Part shown: positions 38,039-46,686 of the stretch, piece after piece
Layout of the letters: the number at the start of each line of letters is the position of its first letter
Position numbering within the stretch: position 1 is the stretch's first letter
NCBI GenBank assembly: GCA_045644125.1
Contig: JAZRGJ010000185.1
Location: forward strand, 1-47,448
Source of the DNA: Eubacteriales bacterium
Lineage (GTDB): Bacteria; Bacillota; Clostridia; Oscillospirales; CAG-272
Direction of reading: 5' to 3'
DNA: 47,448 nt
Program-made: the position numbers and the translations under genes
Notes under the pieces: model-generated
The model's input: only the letters and a program-made list of their open reading frames with translations
Database searches by the model: none
What the model was told of the DNA's origin: nothing

Positions 38039-40036
38039 ATGAAAAAGAGAATTATCAGTTTGATTCTTGTTCTTGTTATGCTCTGCTTCGTGTTCGCAAG
38101 CTGCGATAGCCCAAGCATCGCTAACGAGAAAATTGCTTCTTACGCAAGCTTGAAAAATAAGGAAGATTTCGAGGCGGCTTTAAAGGCTCTCTTTGTTGAT
38201 GACGGCGAGTTTAGTACCGACGATGGCACAAGAGTTAACGAAACGTGGGATAGCATCTATAGCGATCTTGCTTCCGTTCTCACGAAAGACGGTGACAAGC
38301 TCACCGCCGGCACGCCTTCCAAGAACGCAGTTGTTTACTACAACTATCGTTACACCTACACCGAAACCAATGCGGAAACCGGCGTAAGCACCACGTTCTA
38401 CTTCAACGACAACATGAAGTCCGATAAATCCGTAAGCGTTATGCTCGGCCTCAGAGATCTTACCGATCTTGAAAAGCAGCTTAAAGACGTTCTTACAGCT
38501 ACGAAGATAGACGATTACGTTTATTCCACCAGCACCACCGGCAAAAGCCGTGAAAACGACGTAGTATACGTTAGCTACAAGTACACCGAAACCGTTGTTG
38601 TAGGCACGGATGAAGCAACCGGTAATCCTATAACCGAAACCAAACCCTCCGTTACCGTAACCTGCGAAAGAATTGAGCTTAAGAAGGGCGTTTCCGCTTT
38701 CGCTGACTATCTTATCGATAAGGACATAAACAAGACCACTATCGAGAATTTTGAAGATCCGGTTACCAAGACTAAGTACGAGGGAATCAAAATCGATTTC
38801 CTTGCAAGCGGAAACGAAATCTGCACCGCTAAGGAAGTTACCTATACCGAGAAAAACGAAGCTACCGATATATACGGAAAGAAGCACGACCTCAAGGATC
38901 GTGAGCTTACCTACTACGTATATCCCGTAAACTACGTTGAAGTTCCCGAGTTTAACGCAGAGAGCTTTGTAAACGTTATTCTTGACGACAGCATTACTTA
39001 CCAAGCAGTTACGAGAGTTCTTTTCGGAGAATATTTTGAAGATCAGAGCGAAGAAGCAATGAACGCTATCCTCGACCTTTATAAGACCACTTCCGAGGAA
39101 AAACTCGGCACCGGCGAAAAAGACCTCACTCTTAACGCATTGGTTGAAAAATTAGACCTCGCTCAGACTGAATACGCATCTAAGCTTGAGGCAAAGGAAA
39201 AGGCAGAGACCGACTACAACAACAAGAAGACGGCGCTTGAACTTGCTAAAAAGAATTACGATGCAAAGCCTGACGATGCCGAGCTTAAGACCAAGTATGA
39301 AACCGCTGTTAGCAACGAAACCGCAGCGGCAACCACTCTTACCAACGCAACGAATGCTTTTGCAGCAGCAGAAATAACAAGAAACTACTACGTAAATTCT
39401 CTTATTACCGTTACCGAAGCAAATAAGAAAGACGGCGAGAGATTCAATCTTACCGACGGATACTACTGGCTCACCTTTGAATATCTTCGTGATAACTACA
39501 ATGAAGAAATCAAAGCTAAGTTTGCTAAAGAGGTTTACACTCTCTTCAACGACACCTACGTAGAGGTTAAGGGACTTCCCGAAAAGGTTGTTAAGACAAC
39601 TGTAGACACCATCGTTGATAACAAGAAGTATGAATTCTACAACGGCACGTACGACACAACCACCAAGGAGAGCAACTACGCTCACTTTAAAGGCAACTTT
39701 AAGGAGTATCTTAAGGCAAAAGTTCCTAACTCAAACGGAAGCTACGATTTTGCTATGAGAAGCATTCAGCAGGAAGCTGAAGGATACGTTAAGGAAGTAG
39801 TTATCATCTACGCTATCAGCGAAGCTTACGGTCTTCTTGTAAGCGACAAGGATTTCAAGGCTTACATGAAGGATGAAAACAATTCTTACGACGCTAACGC
39901 CGCTTATTACGGTGAAAACAACGTTCGTTACGCATATCAGTTTGACGTAATTATGAAAGAGCTTCTCACCTACGAAGAAGTTGACGGCGCATACGTTTAC
40001 AAGTATCTTAACGCAAATAACCTTAAGGCAAAATAA
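38039..40036 (+). CDS. Lipoprotein, divergent trigger-factor-like protein (paralog B)
   Basis: Signal peptide with lipobox FASC; [23 protein letters not shown]-like segment; [16 protein letters not shown]; C-terminal KGLPEKVV...[28 protein letters not shown]. Confidence 0.65.
   Translation: MKKRIISLILVLVMLCFVFASCDSPSIANEKIASYASLKNKEDFEAALKALFVDDGEFSTDDGTRVNETWDSIYSDLASVLTKDGDKLTAGTPSKNAVVYYNYRYTYTETNAETGVSTTFYFNDNMKSDKSVSVMLGLRDLTDLEKQLKDVLTATKIDDYVYSTSTTGKSRENDVVYVSYKYTETVVVGTDEATGNPITETKPSVTVTCERIELKKGVSAFADYLIDKDINKTTIENFEDPVTKTKYEGIKIDFLASGNEICTAKEVTYTEKNEATDIYGKKHDLKDRELTYYVYPVNYVEVPEFNAESFVNVILDDSITYQAVTRVLFGEYFEDQSEEAMNAILDLYKTTSEEKLGTGEKDLTLNALVEKLDLAQTEYASKLEAKEKAETDYNNKKTALELAKKNYDAKPDDAELKTKYETAVSNETAAATTLTNATNAFAAAEITRNYYVNSLITVTEANKKDGERFNLTDGYYWLTFEYLRDNYNEEIKAKFAKEVYTLFNDTYVEVKGLPEKVVKTTVDTIVDNKKYEFYNGTYDTTTKESNYAHFKGNFKEYLKAKVPNSNGSYDFAMRSIQQEAEGYVKEVVIIYAISEAYGLLVSDKDFKAYMKDENNSYDANAAYYGENNVRYAYQFDVIMKELLTYEEVDGAYVYKYLNANNLKAK
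38402..38532 (+). repeat. 131-bp near-identical block shared by paralogs A and B (copy 2)
   Basis: Aligns ungapped to 36259-36389. Confidence 0.85.
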
Positions 40037-40046
40037 TTTTAAAAAC

Positions 40047-40079
40047 AAAGGGACTGTTAGATAATCGACAGTCCCTTTT
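40047..40079 (+). terminator. Terminator after paralog B
   Basis: AAAGGGACTGT...ACAGTCCCTTTT inverted repeat. Confidence 0.75.
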
Positions 40080-40101
40080 AAAAAAACGAAGGTTTTACTA
40101 T

Positions 40102-40560
40102 ATGAAAGAAGTATCACTTTACACCGACGGCGCTTGCAGGGGGAATCCGGGGCGCGGCGGTTGGGGCGCGATTTTGGTTTTTGGAAAATACGAAAAAGAA
40201 ATGTCAGGCGGCGAGCCGATGACGACGAATAACAGAATGGAGCTTCTTGCGGCAATATCAGGCCTTGACGCCTTGAAAGAGCCGTGTGAGGTAACGCTTT
40301 ATTCGGATTCCAAGTATCTTGTTGACGCATTTCTTCTCGGCTGGGTGGAAAACTGGCGAAGCCACGGCTGGAAAAGGGGCAAGGATGAATTGAAAAATCC
40401 TGACCTTTGGCAAAAGCTTTATTCACTCACAAAAACTCACAATGTGAATTTCGTTTGGGTTAAGGGGCATAACGGGCACGATTATAATGAAAGGTGCGAC
40501 AAGCTCGCAACCGCATTTGCCGACAGCTTTCCCGAAGAGGATACGAATCCTCCGTTTTGA
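40102..40560 (+). CDS. rnhA: Ribonuclease HI
   Basis: [37 protein letters not shown]...NERCDKLA. Confidence 0.97.
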   Translation: MKEVSLYTDGACRGNPGRGGWGAILVFGKYEKEMSGGEPMTTNNRMELLAAISGLDALKEPCEVTLYSDSKYLVDAFLLGWVENWRSHGWKRGKDELKNPDLWQKLYSLTKTHNVNFVWVKGHNGHDYNERCDKLATAFADSFPEEDTNPPF

Positions 40561-40584
40561 CAAAATTAAGAAAGGCTTTCTCCC

Positions 40585-42213
40585 ATGGCAAAACAAACAA
40601 ACAAAAGCGCCTCTTATAAAAAAGCGCAAGCTCAGGCTGAGGCTCAAAAAACGAAGGCGAAGACTAAAAATAAGAAAATTTTGATAATAGTGAGCGCCGC
40701 ATTGGCAGTAGCGCTCGTTGCGGGCTTGATTATCGGGCTCGTTGCGTGCAACGCAAATAAAGAAGTAGACTACATTAACGACGATTTGTCGAAATACGTT
40801 TATATATCCGAAGATGATTATAAAAACTTCCCCGTAACAAGCCCTTTGTTAACGGTTGACGAAAGCGACGTTCGGGTTGAGATAAATAAGCTTCTTGTAA
40901 AAAATAAATCCAAAGAGGCTCTTTACAACGGCGCTTCGGTTCGCCCGGAAAGCTATACTATAAAAATCGGCGACGTAGTTAATATTCGATACAGAGCCTA
41001 TACTACGGATGAAAACGGAATAACGAGCGAGCTTGCGGGGACAAGCAATTTTACGAAGGAAAGCCCCACCGCGCTTGAAATAGGCTCGGGAACGTTTATC
41101 AAGGGCTTCGAAGAGGGGCTTATCGGAAAGAAGCTTCACGAAAAATCCTTGGAAATAGCCAAAACCGGAACTGTCAAAAGACGTGACGTCGTTTACATTT
41201 CTTACAGCGCATTTTTGCCCGACGGAACTCCAACGACAGTCAGCAACGTAAGAATCGATACGAGAGATCAGGCTTCCGTTGATAAAACTTTCGGCGCGGG
41301 ATTTACCGATTTTCTGATCGGTAAAGTTATAGGCGACAAGGGCGTGACGCAAACCTTCCGCGTTGAAGGCGAAACCGTAGACACGGTTTATTACGAAATG
41401 AAAATCGATTACGTCGTAAGAAGCGCTGAAAAACCTTATCTTTTGGACGTTCAATTCCCTGTCGATTATAAGGAAGCAAGTCTTAGAGGCGTTAAGGCAA
41501 CCTTTGAGGTTTACGCTTCAACGGCGGTTATTTATAAATCTACTCCCGAATGGAGCGATAGCTTCGTTAGCGAAACTCTTAAGGAAACGTTTGAAACTCT
41601 TTCCGCTTACGAGGGTGAAACTCTTACTGAAAAATATGAAAACAAGATTCTTGCCGAGCTTAATGCCGCTAAGGAAGAAGCCAATAAAACTTTGATACAA
41701 GAAGATATGTTCAGACACTATCTTTCAAAGGCGAAGGTTAAAAAGCTTCCCAAGGCCGAGGTTAAGAAAAAGTACGATCAATATATCGCCCAGGCGAAAC
41801 AGCTTTATGATCTTTACTATGTTTTGAGTTATGAAAGCTTTGATGAATTTGCGAACGAATATTTCCCACATTCCGCAAATCAAAGCTGGCAGGATGCGGT
41901 AACGGCGGCCGCTGAATCCGCTGTAACGGAGACTTTGGTTTTCTTCTATATAATAAGAGAGGAAAACATTATTCCGAGCGCCGAAGAATACGAACTCATT
42001 TATAACGAATCCTTGAAAGAGTATAAGGAATATTACGTTAACGACAAGTACAAATCTGAAATTGACGCTTGTGAAACCGAAGAGGAAAAGCCTGCGAAAA
42101 TTCTTGAAATCGAAAGCAGAGTCCTTAAAGATTACGGAGAGCAATATTTCCGTGAATTAACGTACTATAAGTATGGAATGGAGCGCATTTTGGTATTTGC
42201 GGATTTGAAATAA
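40585..42213 (+). CDS. Membrane-anchored FKBP-type PPIase / trigger-factor-like protein (paralog C)
   Basis: Basic N-region plus hydrophobic helix ending LVAC; IGDVVNIRY, LEIGSGTFIKGFEEGLIG, FPVDYKEASLRGVKATFEV (trigger factor FKBP domain); C-domain KKLPKAEV...AESAVTETLVFFYIIREENI; no GFRxGK ribosome-binding loop. Confidence 0.85.
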   Translation: MAKQTNKSASYKKAQAQAEAQKTKAKTKNKKILIIVSAALAVALVAGLIIGLVACNANKEVDYINDDLSKYVYISEDDYKNFPVTSPLLTVDESDVRVEINKLLVKNKSKEALYNGASVRPESYTIKIGDVVNIRYRAYTTDENGITSELAGTSNFTKESPTALEIGSGTFIKGFEEGLIGKKLHEKSLEIAKTGTVKRRDVVYISYSAFLPDGTPTTVSNVRIDTRDQASVDKTFGAGFTDFLIGKVIGDKGVTQTFRVEGETVDTVYYEMKIDYVVRSAEKPYLLDVQFPVDYKEASLRGVKATFEVYASTAVIYKSTPEWSDSFVSETLKETFETLSAYEGETLTEKYENKILAELNAAKEEANKTLIQEDMFRHYLSKAKVKKLPKAEVKKKYDQYIAQAKQLYDLYYVLSYESFDEFANEYFPHSANQSWQDAVTAAAESAVTETLVFFYIIREENIIPSAEEYELIYNESLKEYKEYYVNDKYKSEIDACETEEEKPAKILEIESRVLKDYGEQYFRELTYYKYGMERILVFADLK

Positions 42214-42227
42214 AGGAGATTTTCCGT

Positions 42228-43037
42228 ATGAAGTATTTGATAGCGCTGGATTTGGAGGGCGTCGGCGGAGTTGTCGGAGTTCCTTATTCCGGACTTAAAA
42301 GGGAAAGCGACGGCTGGTATCAGGCGAGAGCGCAAGCGGTGCTCGAGGTTAACACGGTTGCAAAGGCCCTTTTTGATACGGGCGCGGAGCTTGTTGCTCT
42401 TTGGGATAACCACGGCGGCGGCGGAAATCTTGACTATTCCCTGCTCGACGAAAGAATTGAGCTTATAGTTCCCGACAAAAGCAAGGTAAGACAGGCGTTT
42501 GCGGAAAATTACGGCTTTGACGCTATGTATTTTCTCGGTTATCACGCAATGGATGGCACTGTTGGCGCAGTTCTTGCGCACACATTTAATTCATCTGAAG
42601 TTCAGTATTTCAAAATCAACGGAAAGCTCGTCGGAGAGATTGAGATCGATAAATATTATGCCGGCGAAAACGGATACGCTCCCGTGTTTTTCGCAGGAGA
42701 TGATAAAGCTTGCCGTGAGGCTCGCTCGGTGATTCCAGGAATAATAACCGTGGAAACGAAACAAGGGCTTTCACGAAATAAAGCGATACTCCGTGAAAAC
42801 GACTCGCTTCTTGCCGAAATTTATGAAAAAGCAAAGCTTGCCGCTAATATCAGGATAGAGCCCGAGGCGTTTTCATTCCCGTTTGCCTTTGAGGTTCGCT
42901 ACACGAGAATGGAATCGGCGGAAAAAGCTCTTGAAGAGGCTCGCGCTGACGGTGTTGTATGCTTCTATACGGAAGACGCTCATACGGTGAATTTCATAAT
43001 TGAAAATATTAAACAGTTTGATTCCATAAGATGTTAA
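42228..43037 (+). CDS. M55-family D-aminopeptidase (DppA-like)
   Basis: DLEG metal motif, DNHG, GYHA, LAHT, GEIEID, AGD. Confidence 0.9.
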   Translation: MKYLIALDLEGVGGVVGVPYSGLKRESDGWYQARAQAVLEVNTVAKALFDTGAELVALWDNHGGGGNLDYSLLDERIELIVPDKSKVRQAFAENYGFDAMYFLGYHAMDGTVGAVLAHTFNSSEVQYFKINGKLVGEIEIDKYYAGENGYAPVFFAGDDKACREARSVIPGIITVETKQGLSRNKAILRENDSLLAEIYEKAKLAANIRIEPEAFSFPFAFEVRYTRMESAEKALEEARADGVVCFYTEDAHTVNFIIENIKQFDSIRC

Positions 43038-43059
43038 GTTTTGCGGATGGCAAACGAAA

Positions 43060-43137
43060 TGCGGCAGAGAAACCTTGTTCCTCTGCCGCATAAAGCTATA
43101 ATTTGAGAAAACCCGAGTTGAAAAGCGGGTTTTCTCT
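43060..43137. terminator. Two hairpins between the convergent M55 and addA genes
   Basis: TGCGGCAGAG...CTCTGCCGCA (43060-43090) and AGAAAACCCG...CGGGTTTTTCT followed by a T run. Confidence 0.65.
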
Positions 43138-43157
43138 TTTTTCAGCGTATTTTAAAA

Positions 43158-46100
43158 TTAAGCAAAATTTATTTTCTTTATATCGACGGTATCTCCGAGA
43201 GGGAGCGAATAAACCTTTAAAGTTTTCGGAGCTTTTCCAAAGATTTTTTCAATAGCCAAAGCGTAATAGTTCAACTGTCTTGCGTGGGCATCGTTAAGCT
43301 TTTTCGAGGCAAGCTCTTTGTCATGAAGCTCTTCTTTTGAAAGTCTGTCGGTCTTATAGTCGACAAGGTGAAGCGAGCCGTCCTTGTCCTCTATGATGCA
43401 GTCGATAACTCCTTGAACGAGAATCTCGTCATCTTTGATTTTTGTTTTAAGCTCTTCGTCAAGAGTGAAAAATTTTGCGGGAAGACGGGTGTTGAAGCGA
43501 AATTCACGGTACGTTTTTTCGGCATTTTTGATTTCACGGAATAAATCGCTCTTGCGGAAAAGCTCGATTTCGGAAAGGAGCACTCTTTCTTTATTGGCCT
43601 CGGAAATAAACTTTGAGTTGTAAAGGCGGAGAAGCTCGTCCTTTGCGCCGTTTTTGTCGAAATTTTCAACGTCAAAAAACTGAAGAAATGTGTGAGTTGC
43701 AATTCCCTCTTTTGCGCTCTCGTCGCTTCTTGTGCTTGTGATAAAAGCGGGCGCGGCTTTTTGCGTTTTCTTGCCCGACAAAAGCTTTTCGATAAGCTGC
43801 GCGCTCTCCGTATTTTCGCTGCCGTCAAGAACCTCGGGCTTAAGCACGGAAACCGCAAGCTTTTGCGGTATTTTGGTAAGATGCTCGTTTTCATAGCGGA
43901 AGTTTAATCGGGAGTAAAGCTCTTCAGCTGAAATGTTGAAGTTCCCCTGAACCGCGGACTCGTCTTCAACTATTGTTATATCGAAGTTTTCTGCGGTAGA
44001 AAGCATAAGCTCAAGGGGAGAATGAATTTTGTAAATGCTGTATTCGTCAAGGAAACGGGCTTTGTCTTCCACTTCAAGAAGATAAGCTTTGTAATCCTCA
44101 GGAACGTTACCGACTATGTAAAGCTCGGATTTGGCTCTCGTTAAGGCAACGTAAACAACTCGCAATTCTTCCTCGAAATAGCGCTTGAAGTTTGAGTGAA
44201 TTATGATATTGTGTATAGGATTTTCAACACGGGCAAGTCCTCCCGGCGAGCGAAGACACATGGAAATGCCGAATTTTTCCGAATACGCAATTCTGTCATT
44301 GCTGTCAAGGTCTTTGAACTGCGCGTGTGTGTCGACGTAAAATACGACTTTATACTCAAGTCCTTTTGAAGAATGAACGGTAGTGATATGAACGGCGTCT
44401 TTTTTATCTCCGTCGCGCTTTGCGTCAAATTCCGTGTCGTTATCTATTACGTTGTTTATGAATTTTATGAAATTATAAAGGCCTTTGAGATTGGAAGCCG
44501 AGAAGTTTTTGGCGTAATTATAAAGCAAAAGCAGGTTTTCTTCTCCGCCAAAGCGTTTTGCAAGATCAAGAAGCCCCGTATCGTTATAAAGTCTTAAAAT
44601 CAAAGAATCGATACTAACACCCTCCGCAAGAGTGCGGTAAAATTCAAGCTTTTCAAGAAAATCGCTGCCCTTTTTAAAGTCCGGATTTTCCTCCGTATAG
44701 CTTATAAGGCTCTGATAAAGCGACTGTTTTTTATTTTTTCGCAAGTTGAAAAGGTCGTCTGCTGTGAAGCTGAAAAGCGGAGATGCCAACAATCCGGCAA
44801 GGTAAATATCTTTTTCGGGATTGTCTATTGAATTCAAAAGGCATAAAGCCAGAAGAATTTCCGAATTCAAAAAGAAATTTTTGCAATCGAGCTGCTCGGA
44901 CGGAATATCAAGCGAGGAAAGTGCGTCGGCGTATTCGCTCATCTTTGTTTTTCCGCGCATGATTATAGCAATATCGGACGGGCTGAGCTCTTTGTTGTTT
45001 TTTAGGATTTCGTCTATTTTTTTTGCAACGAGTCGACATTCAATCTTATCGTCACTTGATGATTCCGAAGAAGCGCCGTAGCTGTTTTTCGGCTTTTTAG
45101 GCACGAGAAGAAACTGCGGTTTTTTGTATTCTGCGTCGGAGTTTTCCTTGGGAAACACCAATCTATCGTCGGGAAGATAACCGATGCTTTCTTTCGTAAG
45201 GGTAAAAGCTTTATCAAAAACGGAGTTTACGAAATCGATAATGCTTTTATCCGAGCGGAAGTTTTGCGACATGAAAATGGAGACGGCGGAAGATTCAACG
45301 TCCGGGGTAAGCTTCGGAAGCTTTTTTTTCATAGAAGCGAAAACGTCGGGGTCAGCGCTTCTGAATCCGTAAATGCTTTGCTTTATATCGCCGACCATAA
45401 ATCTGTTGTCTTCTCTTGAAACGGCATCGAAAATCTTTGCTTGCAATGCGTTAACGTCCTGGTATTCGTCGATATAAACGGAGCTGTATTCTCGCTTCAA
45501 GGATTCCGCAAAATCCGTAACGGTTTCGTTATCATCTTCATAAAGCGACTTGAATGCAAAGCGCTCTATATCGGAATATTCAAGAGCGAGCCTTTTGATT
45601 TTTTCCTGCATATAAATTCTGTCAAATTCGACGAGAAATTTAGAGAGAAGAGTGAGGACTCTGTGAAACTCTCGGAAAAGCTCGGAAAGCTCCTCGTCCG
45701 TATAGTAGAAATATTTATTTAATAACTCTCTTATCTTGGTTGATAAACTTTGATGCAAATTCTGTTTCTCTTCCAAAAGCGGAGTTTTTTCTTCTTTCGA
45801 GACGTTCGGAAACGATTCCAGCTTGAATTCGTTAAGCGCTTTTTTCAAAGAAGCGTAATCGTCTATGAGCGTGAGCTTTTTAAGTGATTTTACATCTTTG
45901 AAAAAGCCATCGCTGTAATTTTTCTCGTGCTTATCGTCGCTCGTTTGCAATTCCTCGCCGTTTTTAAACGCTATGCTTGCCAAATGGCGCGCCGCTTCTT
46001 TAAGAAGCTTTACGGCATAACTGCAATATTCGTTATCAAGAGGGTCCGAGTTTGCGTATTTATCCGCAAGGATTTGGAAGATTTGAACGCCGGGCACGGC

Positions 46101-46673
46101 GCTTTTTGACTTTTCATAAAGCTTAAGAAAGTTTTCTTCGAGCCTTGCGTCGCTTTTAGATGAAGTCAGCGTGTCGGCAAGATACGCAAACTCCTCTCCG
46201 CTCATCAAGTCGCATCTTTCGTTTTCGTAAATCTCGTTTATGAGCTGCGTGAGAATGGAGTGGGAGAGAATTTCAAGCTCCGCCTTATCTGCGATTCTGT
46301 AGTTTGGCGGAATTCCCACCTTATCGCAGTTGCGTCGCAAAATATCGTTGCAAAAAGAGTCTATCGTGCAAATTTTTGCCATAGGCAAAAGTGTGAGCTG
46401 GGTTTCAAGGTCGCTGTTTTCAGGATATTTTTTAACTGCCTTTTCAAGAGCAGAGCGTATATCGTCACGGAGCTGGTTCGTCGCCTCATTCGTGAAGGTG
46501 ACGATGAGCATTTTGCTTATGTCGTCGGGCTCATTTTCTCTCGTTAAGGAGCGAATTATTCTTTCGGTCAGCGTGGAAGTTTTTCCTGCGCCTGCCGCTG
46601 CTGAAACAAGAAGCGTTTTATCGTTTGTGGTTATTGCGCTTTCCTGCTCTTTGGTGAATTTTATTTCTGCCAT
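43158..46673 (-). CDS. addA: ATP-dependent helicase/nuclease subunit A
   Basis: VSAAAGAGKT, VTFTN, TIDSF, IDEYQD, VGDIKQSIYGFR, NFRS, TVHSSKGLE, EELRVVYVALTRA, RecB-type nuclease QGVID...VDYKTD; ATG at 46673 after GGAGG. Confidence 0.93.
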   Translation of the reverse strand: MAEIKFTKEQESAITTNDKTLLVSAAAGAGKTSTLTERIIRSLTRENEPDDISKMLIVTFTNEATNQLRDDIRSALEKAVKKYPENSDLETQLTLLPMAKICTIDSFCNDILRRNCDKVGIPPNYRIADKAELEILSHSILTQLINEIYENERCDLMSGEEFAYLADTLTSSKSDARLEENFLKLYEKSKSAVPGVQIFQILADKYANSDPLDNEYCSYAVKLLKEAARHLASIAFKNGEELQTSDDKHEKNYSDGFFKDVKSLKKLTLIDDYASLKKALNEFKLESFPNVSKEEKTPLLEEKQNLHQSLSTKIRELLNKYFYYTDEELSELFREFHRVLTLLSKFLVEFDRIYMQEKIKRLALEYSDIERFAFKSLYEDDNETVTDFAESLKREYSSVYIDEYQDVNALQAKIFDAVSREDNRFMVGDIKQSIYGFRSADPDVFASMKKKLPKLTPDVESSAVSIFMSQNFRSDKSIIDFVNSVFDKAFTLTKESIGYLPDDRLVFPKENSDAEYKKPQFLLVPKKPKNSYGASSESSSDDKIECRLVAKKIDEILKNNKELSPSDIAIIMRGKTKMSEYADALSSLDIPSEQLDCKNFFLNSEILLALCLLNSIDNPEKDIYLAGLLASPLFSFTADDLFNLRKNKKQSLYQSLISYTEENPDFKKGSDFLEKLEFYRTLAEGVSIDSLILRLYNDTGLLDLAKRFGGEENLLLLYNYAKNFSASNLKGLYNFIKFINNVIDNDTEFDAKRDGDKKDAVHITTVHSSKGLEYKVVFYVDTHAQFKDLDSNDRIAYSEKFGISMCLRSPGGLARVENPIHNIIIHSNFKRYFEEELRVVYVALTRAKSELYIVGNVPEDYKAYLLEVEDKARFLDEYSIYKIHSPLELMLSTAENFDITIVEDESAVQGNFNISAEELYSRLNFRYENEHLTKIPQKLAVSVLKPEVLDGSENTESAQLIEKLLSGKKTQKAAPAFITSTRSDESAKEGIATHTFLQFFDVENFDKNGAKDELLRLYNSKFISEANKERVLLSEIELFRKSDLFREIKNAEKTYREFRFNTRLPAKFFTLDEELKTKIKDDEILVQGVIDCIIEDKDGSLHLVDYKTDRLSKEELHDKELASKKLNDAHARQLNYYALAIEKIFGKAPKTLKVYSLPLGDTVDIKKINFA

Positions 46674-46686
46674 ACTTCGTCCTCCA

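Noticed and set aside
36259-38532. Repeated block as a diversity-generating retroelement TR/VR pair
   Set aside because: Both copies lie mid-gene in paralogs, mismatches are not confined to adenines of one copy, and no reverse transcriptase is present.
40102-40560. RNase H as a sign of a retroelement, or as part of the chaperone system
   Set aside because: Ordinary stand-alone RNase HI; no reverse transcriptase or integrase nearby; its position between paralogs is probably incidental.
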